Position numbers and translations under genes: made by a program
Shown here: one piece after another, positions 37,457 through 51,309 of the stretch
Position numbering within the stretch: position 1 is the first letter of the stretch
Layout of the letters: the number at the start of each line of letters is the position of its first letter
DNA from: Haliotis cracherodii
Lineage: Eukaryota
Assembly: GCF_022045235.1 (NCBI RefSeq)
Contig: NW_027266275.1
Span: 37,076,001-37,140,000, forward strand
Length of the DNA stretch: 64,000 bases
Direction of reading: 5' to 3'
The notes under the pieces: generated by a model
Seen by the model: only the letters and a program-made list of their open reading frames with translations
The model's database searches: none
What the model was told of the DNA's origin: nothing

Positions 37457-37602
37457 TACACCACTCAAAAGAAGTTCAGGGCCAACCGATTCTTTCATAT
37501 CACTATAGTTATTCTGTAATGATTAACTTTAGTAATACTAAATCTTAACTACAGAAATATGAAAGAATCGGATGGTCTTTTATTTCTTTTGAATAATTTT
37601 AT
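37457..37602. mobile_element. Tc1/mariner-type MITE (~145 bp)
   Basis: TCAAAAGAAGTTCAGGGCCAACCGATTCTTTCATAT is the inverted repeat of ATATGAAAGAATCGGATGGTCTTTTATTTCTTTTGA; left end TA-CACCACTCAAAAG. Confidence 0.7.
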
Positions 37603-38379
37603 ATATTCAACTGACAAAATCTAGTGGTTTTATGTTGAGGTTGTTATGAATGATAATAACCCCCAGCTGGTGATATTGATGTATTTACCCAAATACGAAT
37701 ATTTATCTTACGGAAATGGGTGCAATATTGATGATATGACGTTAAATGATGACACGCTTACTTATAATATTACCGAATTTGTCATGTTTATTACTATTGT
37801 ATTATCATCATTATTGTGATTGATATGATTAATTCATGTGGCGTCATAACCATTGCAGTGATTAGTTGTATACGAATAAAATACTAAAAAGTAAATAGCG
37901 GACAGACAGATATTTACATCAATTTATACATTTATACACAGATAAGAGTATACAAGGCCTTCCCTATTGAACTACGAGAGACCATCTCAATTGATTCTAT
38001 CATGTTTCAATTTGAATTGAACAATATCTTAGGTTAGCGATATTATATCCAAACCAATTAACTGTATTGACGCTTAGTTAACACCAGTTTTTTTTACGTT
38101 TCAATTACATTAAACAAACTCGGTATATTTTCTTTTGACCCTCAATATATTTACATAGTTCGGGTATGATTTAAAGACGATATCACATGGCAGTAGTTCA
38201 GTCAGCAGTTTTGCAAACAGGACTATTCTTCAATCAGTTCACGATTTCATTGTCAAAAGCAAAAGATTTGAGTAGCTTGATTTTATGCATGTAGTAATGG
38301 AAAACTGAATTGTCTTATTTCACAGCCATCACTTGCTTCAATGTATTGGCTTCATGTATTTCATTTGTGCATTTTGTAC

Positions 38380-38508
38380 GTTTATGTTTAGCACTATTTT
38401 ATATACAACCAGCTGTTGTTAAGTTATTACCTGGAGAGGTATTTACATAAGCAAATTTTGCTTGTTTACCTATCCAGATTTCTTTTGAAATAAAAACATG
38501 TTTAAACC
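38380..38508 (+). mobile_element. Probable CR1-group LINE 3' end
   Basis: GGAGAGG...ATAAGC...GCTTG...CCTATCC stem-loop followed by AATAAAAACATGTTTAAAC; resembles mollusc CR1 3' ends from memory. Confidence 0.45.
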
Positions 38509-40562
38509 ACAGTGTTCGACGTCGATACATATAAGGCGTTGTGACAGTATTAACAGTTATGACCCTGTTGGACTTTTATACATCAAACATAACACCGTAT
38601 GTGTCATCAAAACATTGCTGAATAACCTTAGATAAAACGTTGCTCTGAATACATTAAACGCCTTAGTCAAACATGATTGTGTATTTATTTTTGTACAGAG
38701 TGAGATTGTGATTCATTATATATTATCTGGGACAGTACCACCGGAGAGAACAAAGGGGACGTGTTTTTCTTTATTTCTATAGAATATATCAACAAATACT
38801 TTGAAACACAACAAAAACAAAATAGTTCTAATTTGTATGCCTAAATCGTAACGAGCGCTACTTGGTCTTTTCCGAAAGGTTAATTATACATGACAATGTT
38901 TTGATTGACATCGGAATCCGTCATGGATTAGGTATTATCTCTTAATGAAGTGTCAGTCTCTTAATGACGAGTCCACAAAGACTAACGAGCTAAGAGATTT
39001 GACAATAATCAGATTCAAGGCGACACGGAGATAGCGCGAAACATCCCCAATCGTCCTGGCTCAAAAGCCCAATCTACTCGTCTGTAACGATGGGAAATCG
39101 CCTAATCCAATCAACACTAGACGAATCCTTGATTAACAACAAAAACTAAGTAAAATAGGTAATTGCTGCTTGTCGTGGGCGCGCGAGTAAATCACCGCCT
39201 GGTGTAACGTCACGGTGTAACATGGCGTCATCGCAAATAAGACAATGCAATGTGGCACGCGCACTGACAATAGCGTACACAAGCGGTCTCTCGCCGTCGG
39301 CGTGTCATCACAACGTTCGCCGTTAAGTCTGGGGACTCGCTTGGTCAAATTTAACCCTCAATAGATTTGTAATTGATGCGCTGGTTTGTCTACGGTGTTT
39401 GGGTTTCAACAATATATTCGTTAATAGGTTTTGTATAGAGGTGTTTGAAACGGAGAGAATGACGAGGTTGGTGAATGGTAGCAATCACATCGTTGTCTCT
39501 CCATTGTAACTTTACTTCCGACGAGACGGAGAAACGGCAAAATTGGTTAATTTAATTGAAATGACAGGAAGTAATTTACGGTAATATTTTCGGCAATTTG
39601 TTGGTTGAGTAATGCAAAGATTGTAGCCAGTGGCACGTGCTTTAACTCAGTCGGATGAAATTGATGTTACTCTGTATTTCCTGTCGCGATTAGCTGATCA
39701 AAGACATTTTTGGGAAGGATTTGTGAGGGTGATAATTCTAAAATGACAATGATTCAAGAATAAAACCATTTACAGTGAAATGTGCCCTGGATTTAAAGCC
39801 ATTTGTCAAAAGTGTTGTAATTGAAAAATGTAAAATTACCCAAGCGTGGCGCACTTATCAAGACAAATAACGAGTCCCTGCATTGATTGTATAGTAAATG
39901 TCTTCTTTTATGTATAAAAAGAATGAAAATGGACATTATACATGTTTTGTAAATAATATATATACGACATTAACATACATCTCTGTTCTCATAGTAACAG
40001 CATAACTTAGTTCCAGCTTCGTGCAATTATGGCCACTGCACATTTATATGTAATTTTTGTCGGTATTTAAAATGTAACAATGAGTTATTCATTCTGGATT
40101 GGCGAGATGTTTGCATAGGTCAGGTGTATCGACCAACCTTCATTTTGCTTTAAGTAATATTAGATATTGTCTAAACAACAGACTGAAATTACGATTGGCA
40201 GGTATTGGTGAGAAAGTAAGAACTAGTTTATTTTAGAGTCACAATTTACGAAAGAAACGATTCTTGAAGATTGTTATGACATAACAGCGTTACATTATTT
40301 ACAAAAGGGTATAATAACCCCAACCATTAGATTTTTTAGGCATGGTAACACTTAAATACAACAGCAAAGATATATATAAAATATAATACCTACGTCATCT
40401 TAAAATGTACTATACATTGTAGATAGTGATGAAACCAGGTGTTAGCAAAACGGGGCCCGTATCGAGTCATAAACACACGCAAAGGCAAATCAAAAGGTCA
40501 CCTAAATACTCAGGAATATATGGTACAAGTACAATAGGGAAGTGCATCGGACAACATTTTGG

Positions 40563-40779
40563 TCACTGATGCGTTAAATGTGGAAAGGTTTTCCACATGT
40601 CTGCAATAAAACCTTTAAAAAGCTTTACTGAGACCTTGAATGTTGCGACCATCATCAAACAACTTTTGCGCAAGAGCTGTATGACGCTCTTTTTAAATCT
40701 GTGTAAAGAGCATACTCGATTGAACAGCAAAAGTTGTGAAATGTAGACACCAAAGGATGGAGCTGTTGCAATATTGCTC
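40563..40779 (-). pseudogene. Penelope-like element RT C-terminal remnant
   Basis: SNIATAPSFGVYISQLLLFNRVCS resembles the SNIPxxPAYGVYISQLxRYxRxCS motif of PLE (Naiad-type) RT C-termini; frameshifted further on. Confidence 0.55.
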
Positions 40780-40920
40780 AACATAAAGGTAAATGCAGCT
40801 TGTCCTTGTGGATACATATATGAAAATGTATCCCACTATTTCTTTTCCTGTCCCTTTTATCATGATGTAAGAAATGATTCATTCTTCTCCTCTGAGGGAG
40901 TTGCTCTAGACTGCAACATG
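40774..40920 (+). pseudogene. CR1-group LINE ORF2 C-terminal zinc-binding fragment
   Basis: CPCGYIYENVSHYFFSCPFYHDVR matches the CxCG-x3-E-x3-HY-x3-CP-x-Y-x3-R pattern. Confidence 0.6.
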
Positions 40921-42202
40921 AATTATATACAATATGATAATGTGATGATATCAGACGAAAGATCTTCCAACGCAAGTCCATTTACGGCTTCATGATTGCA
41001 CTTAACCGATTCACTTTTGATATGCACATATCGATAATAACGGAACCACGAAAGTACATCATTTATACACTCCCGTCTCAGGCTTGGCTGCAGTGATCTT
41101 TACGTTGACAAATTTGCCAGATTTATATCCGACAGCCCGAGATGTTGCTGCGGTTATCATACGGAAGATGCACTTCATTTCTTTTTATGTGTCTCTTAAA
41201 CAGTACATTAAGGCAAAACATGTATTATTTCGTAAAAGGTTACGATTTGAATTCAATTCTAAATAGTAATTCACATTCAACGACTGTAACAAATCTTGAA
41301 ATTTTGAAATCAGGTACTTGACAGGCTAACGTCAACGTTCCATGTATAAATTCATAAACTGACCACGATATGCAGGACTAGAGTAGACTTGCAGACAGTG
41401 ATGCTCAACTTCTGCCCCAAAATAAAACATTTTTTACAATATGTATCTTGGACATTTTCAGATGTAAGTCTACAAATGGTTACTTCTTGCCTCTACATTT
41501 ATGTATTACATATGTTCGCGCACATATAATCACATAATTAAAGTATAACCAAACAAAAGTACCTTTCATGTTTATAACACGGTTTATATGGGACCTTACA
41601 ACCTGTACTGACCAATACGTGTTGTATATGGGGTTGTCAGTGGAATGTAATATAGAACTGTGTTTTTTTTCTTTGCTTTTTTCTTCTTCTTTCTTCTTTT
41701 TCTTCTTCTTCTCCTCCTCAGAAGCAGACAAGACTCAGAGTGTGATGCTCTACAGCAATACGAACACAATTGTTACTACATATCTCAGAAATACCTTACA
41801 GATAGTTTTCATAACTCAAGTTCCCAGTAGACATATGTGTGAAACTTATGTGTACTTACGGGTACAGCTAGGTCCTATCAATAGCCACCCGTTTGATGAA
41901 TATAGCAAGCTTTGGCAATACGACTGATTACACTGCTGCATGACACAATATGATTTCAGAAATCTCATTAATGCGAGACCCAAGAGAATAACTAAAAAAT
42001 GAATCCAACTCAAGTCTAGAATGATTTGGCAAGTCTAGATTGCCTGATCTCTGGGCCCGAAATGATGCTTTGTTTTGAGCTCCATTTGGATTTTGCTTTT
42101 TATTTTGTAGAAATCTATTTTAACATACGATAACATTATTTCTGGCACTAAATGTTTGTCTTCGAATAAGGTAAAATAGTTGCTTTTCACAGCCTTCCAA
42201 TA

Positions 42203-42362
42203 TGAGTCTGCGAGTATATAGCTTTACGCCACTTTTAGCACTTTTACAGCAATATCACGATGGGGAACACCCGATACCACACATTGTGTCAATCAATGGA
42301 GATTCAAACCCGAGTCTTCGGCGTGAAAAGCGAAACTTTAACCACTGGGCTACCAGACCGCT
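42203..42362 (-). mobile_element. SINE family C, decayed
   Basis: TTTACGCCACTTTTAGCA...CCCGAGTCTTCGGCGTGA...TTTAACCACTGGGCTACC. Confidence 0.75.
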
Positions 42363-45300
42363 CCTGTATCTTGTAAACAGACACTATATCAACATTTATC
42401 CCGAAGTAAAAGTAAATAAATAATCCCTTTTGAGGGATATATAACCGTTATTTATGACATTTATTATCGAACAGGATGAGCTGGTAATGTGAATGCAATA
42501 ATTAGCACGTAGCACTATGTTCCCTAGGGAGCTGAGAATTTAATTTGAAATGCGTCAGTTTTACTTCTGTTTTGAGGATTATGTTTTTTGGGTACTGACA
42601 AACAGGTTCCACATTCACCGGTTTGCTCCAACCTTTACACAATGATCAATTTTTTCGACATCACAGATTGTGGGGCGAAAGCCTCAGGAAATATAATCTA
42701 TTCAGTATTATCTAGAGTCAGTTCTTCGACATTGTTTCTGGAATGACCGCGAATCTCCAAATTCAATGATTTCGGATATTGCATAACCCCAAACACCAAC
42801 GCATATTTCAAATGATAATTAACTTCCCGCAGATCACTAGGTCATCTTGACCCTCATACAGAAAATCAAGTCTTCCACAGAAATGAACATCAAAGAGCGG
42901 CACCGATGCTTCCTGGAACTCTCTAGAAATGCCCCCTGCCCTCAGTTGATCCCTTCCCCCTCCCATCCCCCCAAACGCTGCCTAATTACTCCGTAAACTA
43001 GCATTTTCACGCTATTGCAGATCGTTAGGACTATTGCAGACATCAACAGAGACGTACAGATGTCTCCAAGGCTTAGCCAGTCGTACAATAGATCAAGTCG
43101 GCTTTTGTGGTCAAATACGCTGGTCTAATTGGAGTAAACAGCCACGAGGCCTGTCCAGAAAGACGACAGTTATGGTCAGCGTTCATTACAGACTGGACCT
43201 GCTTGACCACTAGTGATGGTCACTACATCCGGCCGGTGCTGCAGTGAAGTATCGCTTCCGCTGAATAATACACGGTCTCTACCTGCAAACAGGTGAATAA
43301 AACGTGCAGTGATCTGTGACGCCGTGTCTAGTGGAGCAGGTGAACCTTGACTGTAACAGTTACAGGTACACAATGGAGGTTTGAAGATCTGGTCGCCATT
43401 GTTGCTTTTCCGCCATTCATATTCCAGCTAGCCAATCCTTTAAATTCTCAGTAATCCCTTACTCAAAGTTTGCAATTTGGATTCTGGTATAAATTATAAT
43501 TCAGTCCTTTTCTTTCGCCGTTTATATAGCCTGTGGCCACACAAGAAAATAGGATTAACGAAATCGAAATCTTTTGCAGTATAAATGTGTCTTTTGGAGG
43601 TTTGTATAAGAGAAATGAATGTGGAAATTACATTACACATTTTGTCCAGGAAATGCACTTAAGGTACTGAACTCCACGTGCCAAAAATACCCGGCTATTA
43701 GTGGGTGCAGCGTTCAAGGAGTCATTAAGTCAAAGGTACCAGGTTCATTAGTATTAACAAAGTACTTTTGTATTGTACAAGATTTAGTCTTTCAAATTGG
43801 TAATAAACTGTTTTAAGATCCAAACACAAAAATTATATTGATATATAGACTGTTTAATATCCTCGGTGTGTGAGTCTCGTGGAGACAGGGCTTTATTGAA
43901 AAAATGATTTGCTGTGCAAAACACAAGGCAATATCATTTTGCCACATGTTTGAAAAAAGAACTGTTCACTTGGAGGCTTTTATATATGGATTGCCGTTGA
44001 ATTGTTTTGGTCCATTCCTTCCGGAGATAAAAAATGTATGTTTTCAAGAAGTAATATTGAACCATTTGTCTCTAAATTGATAATCATCTATTTTCCCTGG
44101 TGCAATATATATTTATGAAATTTCTTGACAAACATATTACACATCAATCCCAAATAACAAAACGGGGAAGCAAAACATGCGAATAGGGCTATGGTTTAAC
44201 CTTTGGGTTTGATGGGCCGTGAAGGACCCCCGTCAGGTGTTTTCGTCACATGTTTAGGTAACTTTGCAATTAACTCCCACGAGGCAGTTAATTTTGAAAT
44301 TAAGTCTTTGTGCTCAGTTTTCTTTTCAAAATAAATTTATCTCAATTATCACAAAATAATTTTCTGCAAATACTTCTAATATTTTTTCAATTTAACAAGA
44401 GTCAGAATAGTCTTATTAAACCAGTTACATCGACGTTTATGTCTGATCAATCACTCGAAGACCGAATTGAATAAAAACATTCATTATTGAGAAAAAAACA
44501 TATGGTATAGGATTAACATAATTGGGCATTATGTTTTTTACATTAATAACATTTTTTTGTAAGTCTCGGTTTATGACCCCTACTTATATTTGGGGGTGGG
44601 GGTATTAGTCACTGTTGAGTGCGCGGTTATGAGTGAACTACGTAATGACGAATGTTAAAAATCTCTTGTTAAATATCAGAATGAATAGTATGTAATTAAA
44701 ATAAACAACGGCTTATTCTAAGCTATCGGTACTGTTATTCACACAGATCGGCTGTAATTGAAACTTCCATACACAATCAATTAATACCACATACATATGT
44801 TATGAAATCGTTCAGAATCGAGAGATTCAGATGGTTGAAGACGATGAATGCATAAATTGTTGACATGTTGATATAAATACCATTTAAAGAAACCTGCCAT
44901 ATCAAAACATCGACGTATTCGTGATATTATTAATACGTTTTTTTATATTTCATATTTTTAAATATAGACCTTTACAGAACATATTAAATAATATAAATAG
45001 CCTGTGTTTCAGTGTATGAGTATTATTAAATAGTACATAAAACATAGATGCTTTCATTGTCGTACAAGTACTTGCTTTCTACAGAAATACATAATTATAT
45101 TCATTATTCTACATACATTGTTATTGTGGTTATTCAATGATTAATTCATAGGTTATTTTACAGGTCTAAAAGGACCTTTAATACGGTGATACATCTTATA
45201 AACCAATCTAAGGCATACATAATTAAGCAATGCTTTAAAGCTATACTAAACGTGATAACAAAATGTATATTTTTCCAACTATTTCATAATAATAAAGTAT

Positions 45301-47107
45301 TATTAAATAATTTCCCTATTAAAAACACCTATTTATTTAAGTACGTTGAAGGGGAAATAAAATTAAGAACTCAATTTTATATGAAAGGAGAGATAAGAAT
45401 ATATGTAATTAGCGTTATTGTTGAATTAACCGCCGCTAACAATGAAAAATATATTTAACATACTTGTCGATTTATTCTTTTTGTCTGATTGAATATTAAA
45501 ACTATATATTTCATTTAGGTATACGTATTCTTCATAATCGAGCACGCACAATGTGAAAAAGACATGTTACTCCCGATTCAGCGGTGTCTGACAATAAACA
45601 TGTTTGAAAAGTTGATGTTCAAGTGTCTGACATCCCCTACAAAGTTAATAACATCCTGTCACTTGCCATCAGATTTATTTTTAATTAACCCGTTGTATCT
45701 ACTCCGATATTTTCAATAGAAGATGTGTGCCATGCCCAAGGTCACGACGGAATCCTATAATTCTTCAGACTGTTTGAAATAAGAATCAATTTATGTGACA
45801 CTACTTAAGACAGGTAACATATTTCGTGTCTGATTTAGAAATCACCTCGACGGTTTCAACAAGATTAAAAAATCCTTTTATTCCGCCGAAATAATTCTTT
45901 CATCCAAAACGTAACTCTAAACCATGTTTTAAACTGGAAAGCCAAATTAATGCCCTGGTCAGATTTGATCACGATGCCTCCAGTGTTCACTGCTACCCGA
46001 GACTCCAACTGACCAAGGTCGGGCAGTGGTCAGTATCTGATCCCTTGACCTACGGAGCACTGACCATAGTTCTATTTGACACACTGGTTTCCGGCCCCCT
46101 GTAATGGCCATTAAAGTTTTATAAAGGATTTTCTTCAATCTTTATCTGCCCGGCGTCTGTGCTGAATTGATACCTTAACAAATACTGTTCAATGTTTCGG
46201 CCAAGCAGGATTCAGTTGTAAAACAAATCCTGTCCCCCAGCTCCAATCTTAAGATCTGTCCACCTCAAACCGCTGCGCTCGCGTACAAAGACCCATGAAG
46301 ACGTACCTGGCCCTTTGAGGTAACTGGCGTGTAAACTTTGAATTTGATGGCGATTTTATTTTAGCGATAAGCTTATTGTAGACACCTTCATCGCCTGATA
46401 ATCACCAATAACGTCTCAGGCGCTCACTCTAATAAACACGTCTGTTCTAATTCTTTAACATCAGTTGCCATCGCTTTAACTCAGAGGAATCTGCTGTTAA
46501 CCATATAGCCCATTTTTACATGGTCATAAAATTGAAGTTAAATGGTGAAGAATGGCTCTGAAAGGATAATTGTTCGTAAATTCTATGATAACATCTTATT
46601 TTGGAATTTCACGATGTCATTTTACGGTCGTTTATTTATTGGATTGAGACACATATATTTTTCAAAATACAAAAGACCTTGGCACTATCTGGAGATATAA
46701 AAAACAACATAATACCAGAAGCGACACGATTTAATTCTACATACCCCAATACGCTAATAAAAGTTTTATATGCATTTTTTCACAAACGGCTCAACAAACG
46801 TCAAAGTCATGGTCTTACAGGGAGATGAATTACCACTGTTCATTTGTTGGTCTTATAGACACTGGTCATAACACGGTGGTACCCCTTTAAAAAAGTATTT
46901 GCCTGTCCTGGTGAAATCGAACGCGTTCTTAAATGGCCGGTTGACGAATAACATGTAAATATTACTTGGTCATTGACTTTCATTTCATTGTCTGCCTTGT
47001 TGTAAAAGTGGATAAAACCTTTGTCACTTAAATATAGTATAGTCTGTTTGAAACGCCATATGTATCTGGAGCCTAAGACCACATTGCCTGCATGAAATAC
47101 TGTACTC

Positions 47108-47112
<5 letters not shown>

Positions 47113-47180
<68 letters not shown>

Positions 47181-47197
47181 TGTGTGTGTGTGTGTGT
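47113..47197. repeat. (AG)n(TG)n microsatellite
   Basis: Directly visible. Confidence 0.95.
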
Positions 47198-47397
47198 TAG
47201 TCCGGTCTAATGCCGGATATACCATGCCACAGTTTAACAAGAATACCCTACTCAGACACAGTATACTGACTTGGAGCTGACCAATCCTTGTTTTATTCCC
47301 TTAATGCCAAGTATAATCGCTTGACGTCTTTTGGTAGGACGTGGCCGGGGATCGAACCAGCGACCGTCGCTCTACAGGCAGAAGCTTTCTCCACTAG
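47198..47397 (-). mobile_element. SINE family D, decayed
   Basis: TAGTCCGG...TAATGCCG...ATACCATGCCACAGTTTAAC...CCCTTAATGCC...CGTCTTTTGGTA...GGGGATCGAACC...CCACTAGA. Confidence 0.75.
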
Positions 47398-47479
47398 AAC
47401 TGTATGTACAGAACGCCACAGGTATGTTCATTGAAATGTCATTTTGCTTGCAACAAACGCCATACACCGTAACAACAAT

Positions 47480-47897
47480 TGTTTGTTGTTTAACGCCGCA
47501 CTCGTCAATATTCAAACTGTATGACGACGGCGTGAAAAATAATCGAATCTGAACCAGACAAAACAGTGATTGATATCATGAGCATCGGTCAACGAAATAA
47601 ACCAAGTCACCCAGCCTGACTACCCGATCCATTAAGTTTTTGTTTGTGTTTTGTTTAAGGCCGCACTCAGCAATATTCAAGCTGTATGAAGGCGGTTTGT
47701 AAATAATCAAGTCTGTACCAGACAATCCAGTGATTGATATCATGGGGAATTATCTACGCAATTGGGATACGATGAGATGCATCAACCAAGTCAGCCAGCC
47801 TGACCACCGATCTCGTTAGTCATCTCTTACATTAAGCATAGTCGCCTCTTGCAACAAGCATGGGTTGCTGAAGACCTATTCTAACCCGGATCTTCCT
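47480..47897 (-). mobile_element. Two tandem SINE family B copies (~47480-47635 truncated; ~47640-47897 near full length)
   Basis: Two TTAA(C/G)GCCGCACTC tails; second copy ends in reverse-complement head GAAGATCCGGGTTAGAATAGGTCTTCAGCAACCC. Confidence 0.85.
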
Positions 47898-50048
47898 GGA
47901 TCCGATTCTTTTAGGGGCCTCTCACGACACACATATGCTGCTTGGAAGCAACTCTGACACAGATTCCGCATGACTGCACGGTAACAACATGTCTTGTGTG
48001 AGTTGTGTGTTACACGACACTGAACGGTGTTTTGGTAGGATGACCCCCGGTACCTCCACCCCCCCCCCCCCCCACCCCCCCACCCCATTCCGCCTATATG
48101 TCATCACAGTCAGCCCCAAACCACCACATCCTTGACGTACACAAGCCGTTTCTATGTCACCAACCTATTTGAGGGTCATCTGATCCATACACTTTACTGA
48201 CCATTTGGATTTTCCGTAACATGATGTGATCGTTGGCCGTTTGTTACAATAAAGGATTGCCACGATTATACTAATTGGTATGTCAATGCCATACGACCAA
48301 TACCAGAGCAGTGAAAACGTCTACGTTCGTGACTTTCCTTCCGCCATTTTCACCCAAATTCCAACAAAAATCTAACACGTTTGTGTGAGTGGCCGGTGCT
48401 ACCTATAGGGAAAGAGATGCTTATCACTTGGGCAAACACCTGTTGTCATCACTGATTTACTGTCAACCCTTATACGTTTTACCACTATTTTGCCCTTTAC
48501 GTCCAGTGGAATCTATTTCCGTAGATAATCGAGACTGGTTATTCTCTGGCGTTGACATTTTATATTTCAAACCTACACGATGAAAGTGCATGGCTCCGCC
48601 CAAAACCATAACTCCATAAAAAGTTCATTGTGGTAATCTGCACATTCCACTCTCAATTCAAACCAAAATACATCAATACCCCCACACCTACAAGACAAAA
48701 TTGTAAGGTTTAATCGAAAACCATTACCACAATTGCCTCCAAACTCGGTCACATGTACACACACCCAACTCGACACCACCGGCGGTCAGTCCCAGTGTCC
48801 AGTACGCCCACGCCTCCCTCCCTGTGTAGTCCTCATGACCAACCTCACCCGTTGAGTGGTGAGTGATTGTCCGCTGGCCAGCTCGCTGACCTAGAAGAAT
48901 TACCATTACAAATGACCACTTCCTCCAAGATGGCCATAAATCAGTCGTACGTCCGTCCTCTTTGTCTTCATCTTGGACGTCAATAACTCCATCCCCTGTC
49001 CGATAAAATCTTCAAGTACCCGCCTGCTAATCATGTCGGAACTACAAGTACACCTACAAAGGCTGGTCAGCGAGAGATTGGGATCTGGACATTGGCCACG
49101 ACGTCATAGCGTCGACTAAGTTCTGAGTTATGAGGACAGCATCGCACCTTGCCTATCACCAGTTTTAGTCCCTGACAGCTCTGTCATTACAGGTACTCGA
49201 TGCTTGTTTGATTAAACATCCAAGTTGACTTTTACAAGGGCCTCCATGCATCCTGGCTGATGATTGATATTGCAGGTAGCGCCCTGGATCGCCACTGGTC
49301 AGTTCTGTACTGTTCTGATGCTGATTCAAGGATAACAACTATTGTTCTGCCTCTGTAACCCCAGAACCCATATTGCAGGTGGAAAACCTGTTTTGTGGTC
49401 ATTAACTAGAATGGCCAGTGTTAAATTCGTTACTGTTTCGGCATTGAATCGGAGGCAATCACCAATGCCATTAAGAATAGGAAATGTGTCCCTGTTTTGA
49501 AAAATAGGAACAAAATATTGAAAGAAATAAACGAAATAAATAATATTTGCTTTACTTTTGTATGAAGAAATCAAAAAATGAAAAGATAGGACATGGTTTC
49601 TCTATGTATAAGGATTGCCGAATAATTTATGTTACATTTTTCGTGGTTATGTCAAATTGCATGTGCCGTAATAATTACAAAAAAGTAAAATGTCTACAGT
49701 GACAGCACCACCCCCTACCCAACCCCCCAGACCCCACCCACCCTCTCCTTCCCCCTGTTCTGACACCAGATGACCAACTGATGAAACGTGTGAGGTCACT
49801 GTGACCCCGAACAATGTCCGGTAACCTGACCTTACCTGTTCAGAATGATTCCACAGTCACAGAGGCGCTAATCAAATAGATTCACTTTCGCCATGTCTCT
49901 GATAGCTACTCTTGACAGCTACCTGGTCATCATCCTAAGGCATCGTTGGTTGCATGGCAACAGATAACTTCTGAATTAAACCTACTTTACTCCATGTCCT
50001 TATTCTGTTCAGAATTAAGAAAAATGCATGAGTATCAGAATAATAACT

Positions 50049-50187
50049 GTCTCTCTCTCCCTCTCTCCTCACACCTTCAGCAATAATTACTCCCTCTCTC
50101 TTTCTCTCTCTCCCTCTCTCCTAACACATTAAGCAATAATTGCTCTCTCTCCCTCGCTCTCTCCTCATACCTTAAGCAATAATTACT

Positions 50188-50240
<53 letters not shown>
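50049..50240. repeat. CT-rich compound repeat: (CT)n-CACCTTAAGCAATAATTA-like unit x3-4
   Basis: AGCAATAATT recurs at ~50079, ~50132, ~50175 between CT tracts. Confidence 0.8.
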
Positions 50241-51309
50241 CTCTCTCTCTCCCCACACCTTACAAAACTCTGGGCCACTTTTAGGGAGAGGTTCAAAAGT
50301 GTGATATCTAATTGAAAAGGTACCCAGGCCTCTGCCCTCACCCCTCTAAAACTTGAAAGTGAAATGTGAATGCTCGAAGAGATTTTCAAGACGTTAAACT
50401 CGTAAATAATTCCTCTGCATGCATGTCATGAAAATATAGTACCGACATCGATACACCAAGAAAGGATTTTACACTGGCATGAATATACATGTACTTGTAT
50501 TTTAACTCGTGTACCCCCGATGGTGATGTTGTTCGTTATCAGAGATAAAATAATACATTAAAAATTGATAGTTATCAACTTGCACAACAAAAACTCGAAA
50601 AACGTTTTGACCTGTTAATCCCCTATCCCGCTCTGGTCGTATGGACATAGGATTGGCATCCGACATCGGACTAATGTGCTTCTGCTTCATCTTCTCCGTG
50701 CTCTTGATGGACAGTATCATATTAATAGTCGATATTAACATCAAACCAAACATTCGTTTTACTGATTTTCACTCATTCATCACTGATTTTCAGTGATCCC
50801 TTCATATAATTTTCATCACTCTTTTGCCTTTCACGTCCGGCAGATAAGCGAGACTGCTGTCTCCACAGTCGACTCTAGGTCAGCTCCATCATACCAAACC
50901 CTTGACAAACCCAGCTCCAGCTCCAGTGGGACGAAATCAACGCCCTTACAACCAACCTCAAATACCTAAAAAATAAAAACTCCAAAAGCCATCAACACCG
51001 AAAGACTCAACCATCAGTCAACCGTGATCAACGCTCTCACGTACCCCCTGTGCACCATCAACTCATCACAGACTCCAATCGGTTATACTCCTTATGTTTA
51101 TACTACTGGCTTCACCGGTTAAGATGTTTACCTCATATCGCCCCTTTTGTGTACATAACAGGCTTCTCCACTCCATTGTAACTACCTCCTAATCTACTCA
51201 ACTATATTAACACTGCCTCCTACCTGTATATATGCATGTCAACGATACTCTGTATAAAGAAGTTGACATCCATAATTCTATTCCTTATGTGTATCACTTC
51301 TAAATGCCT

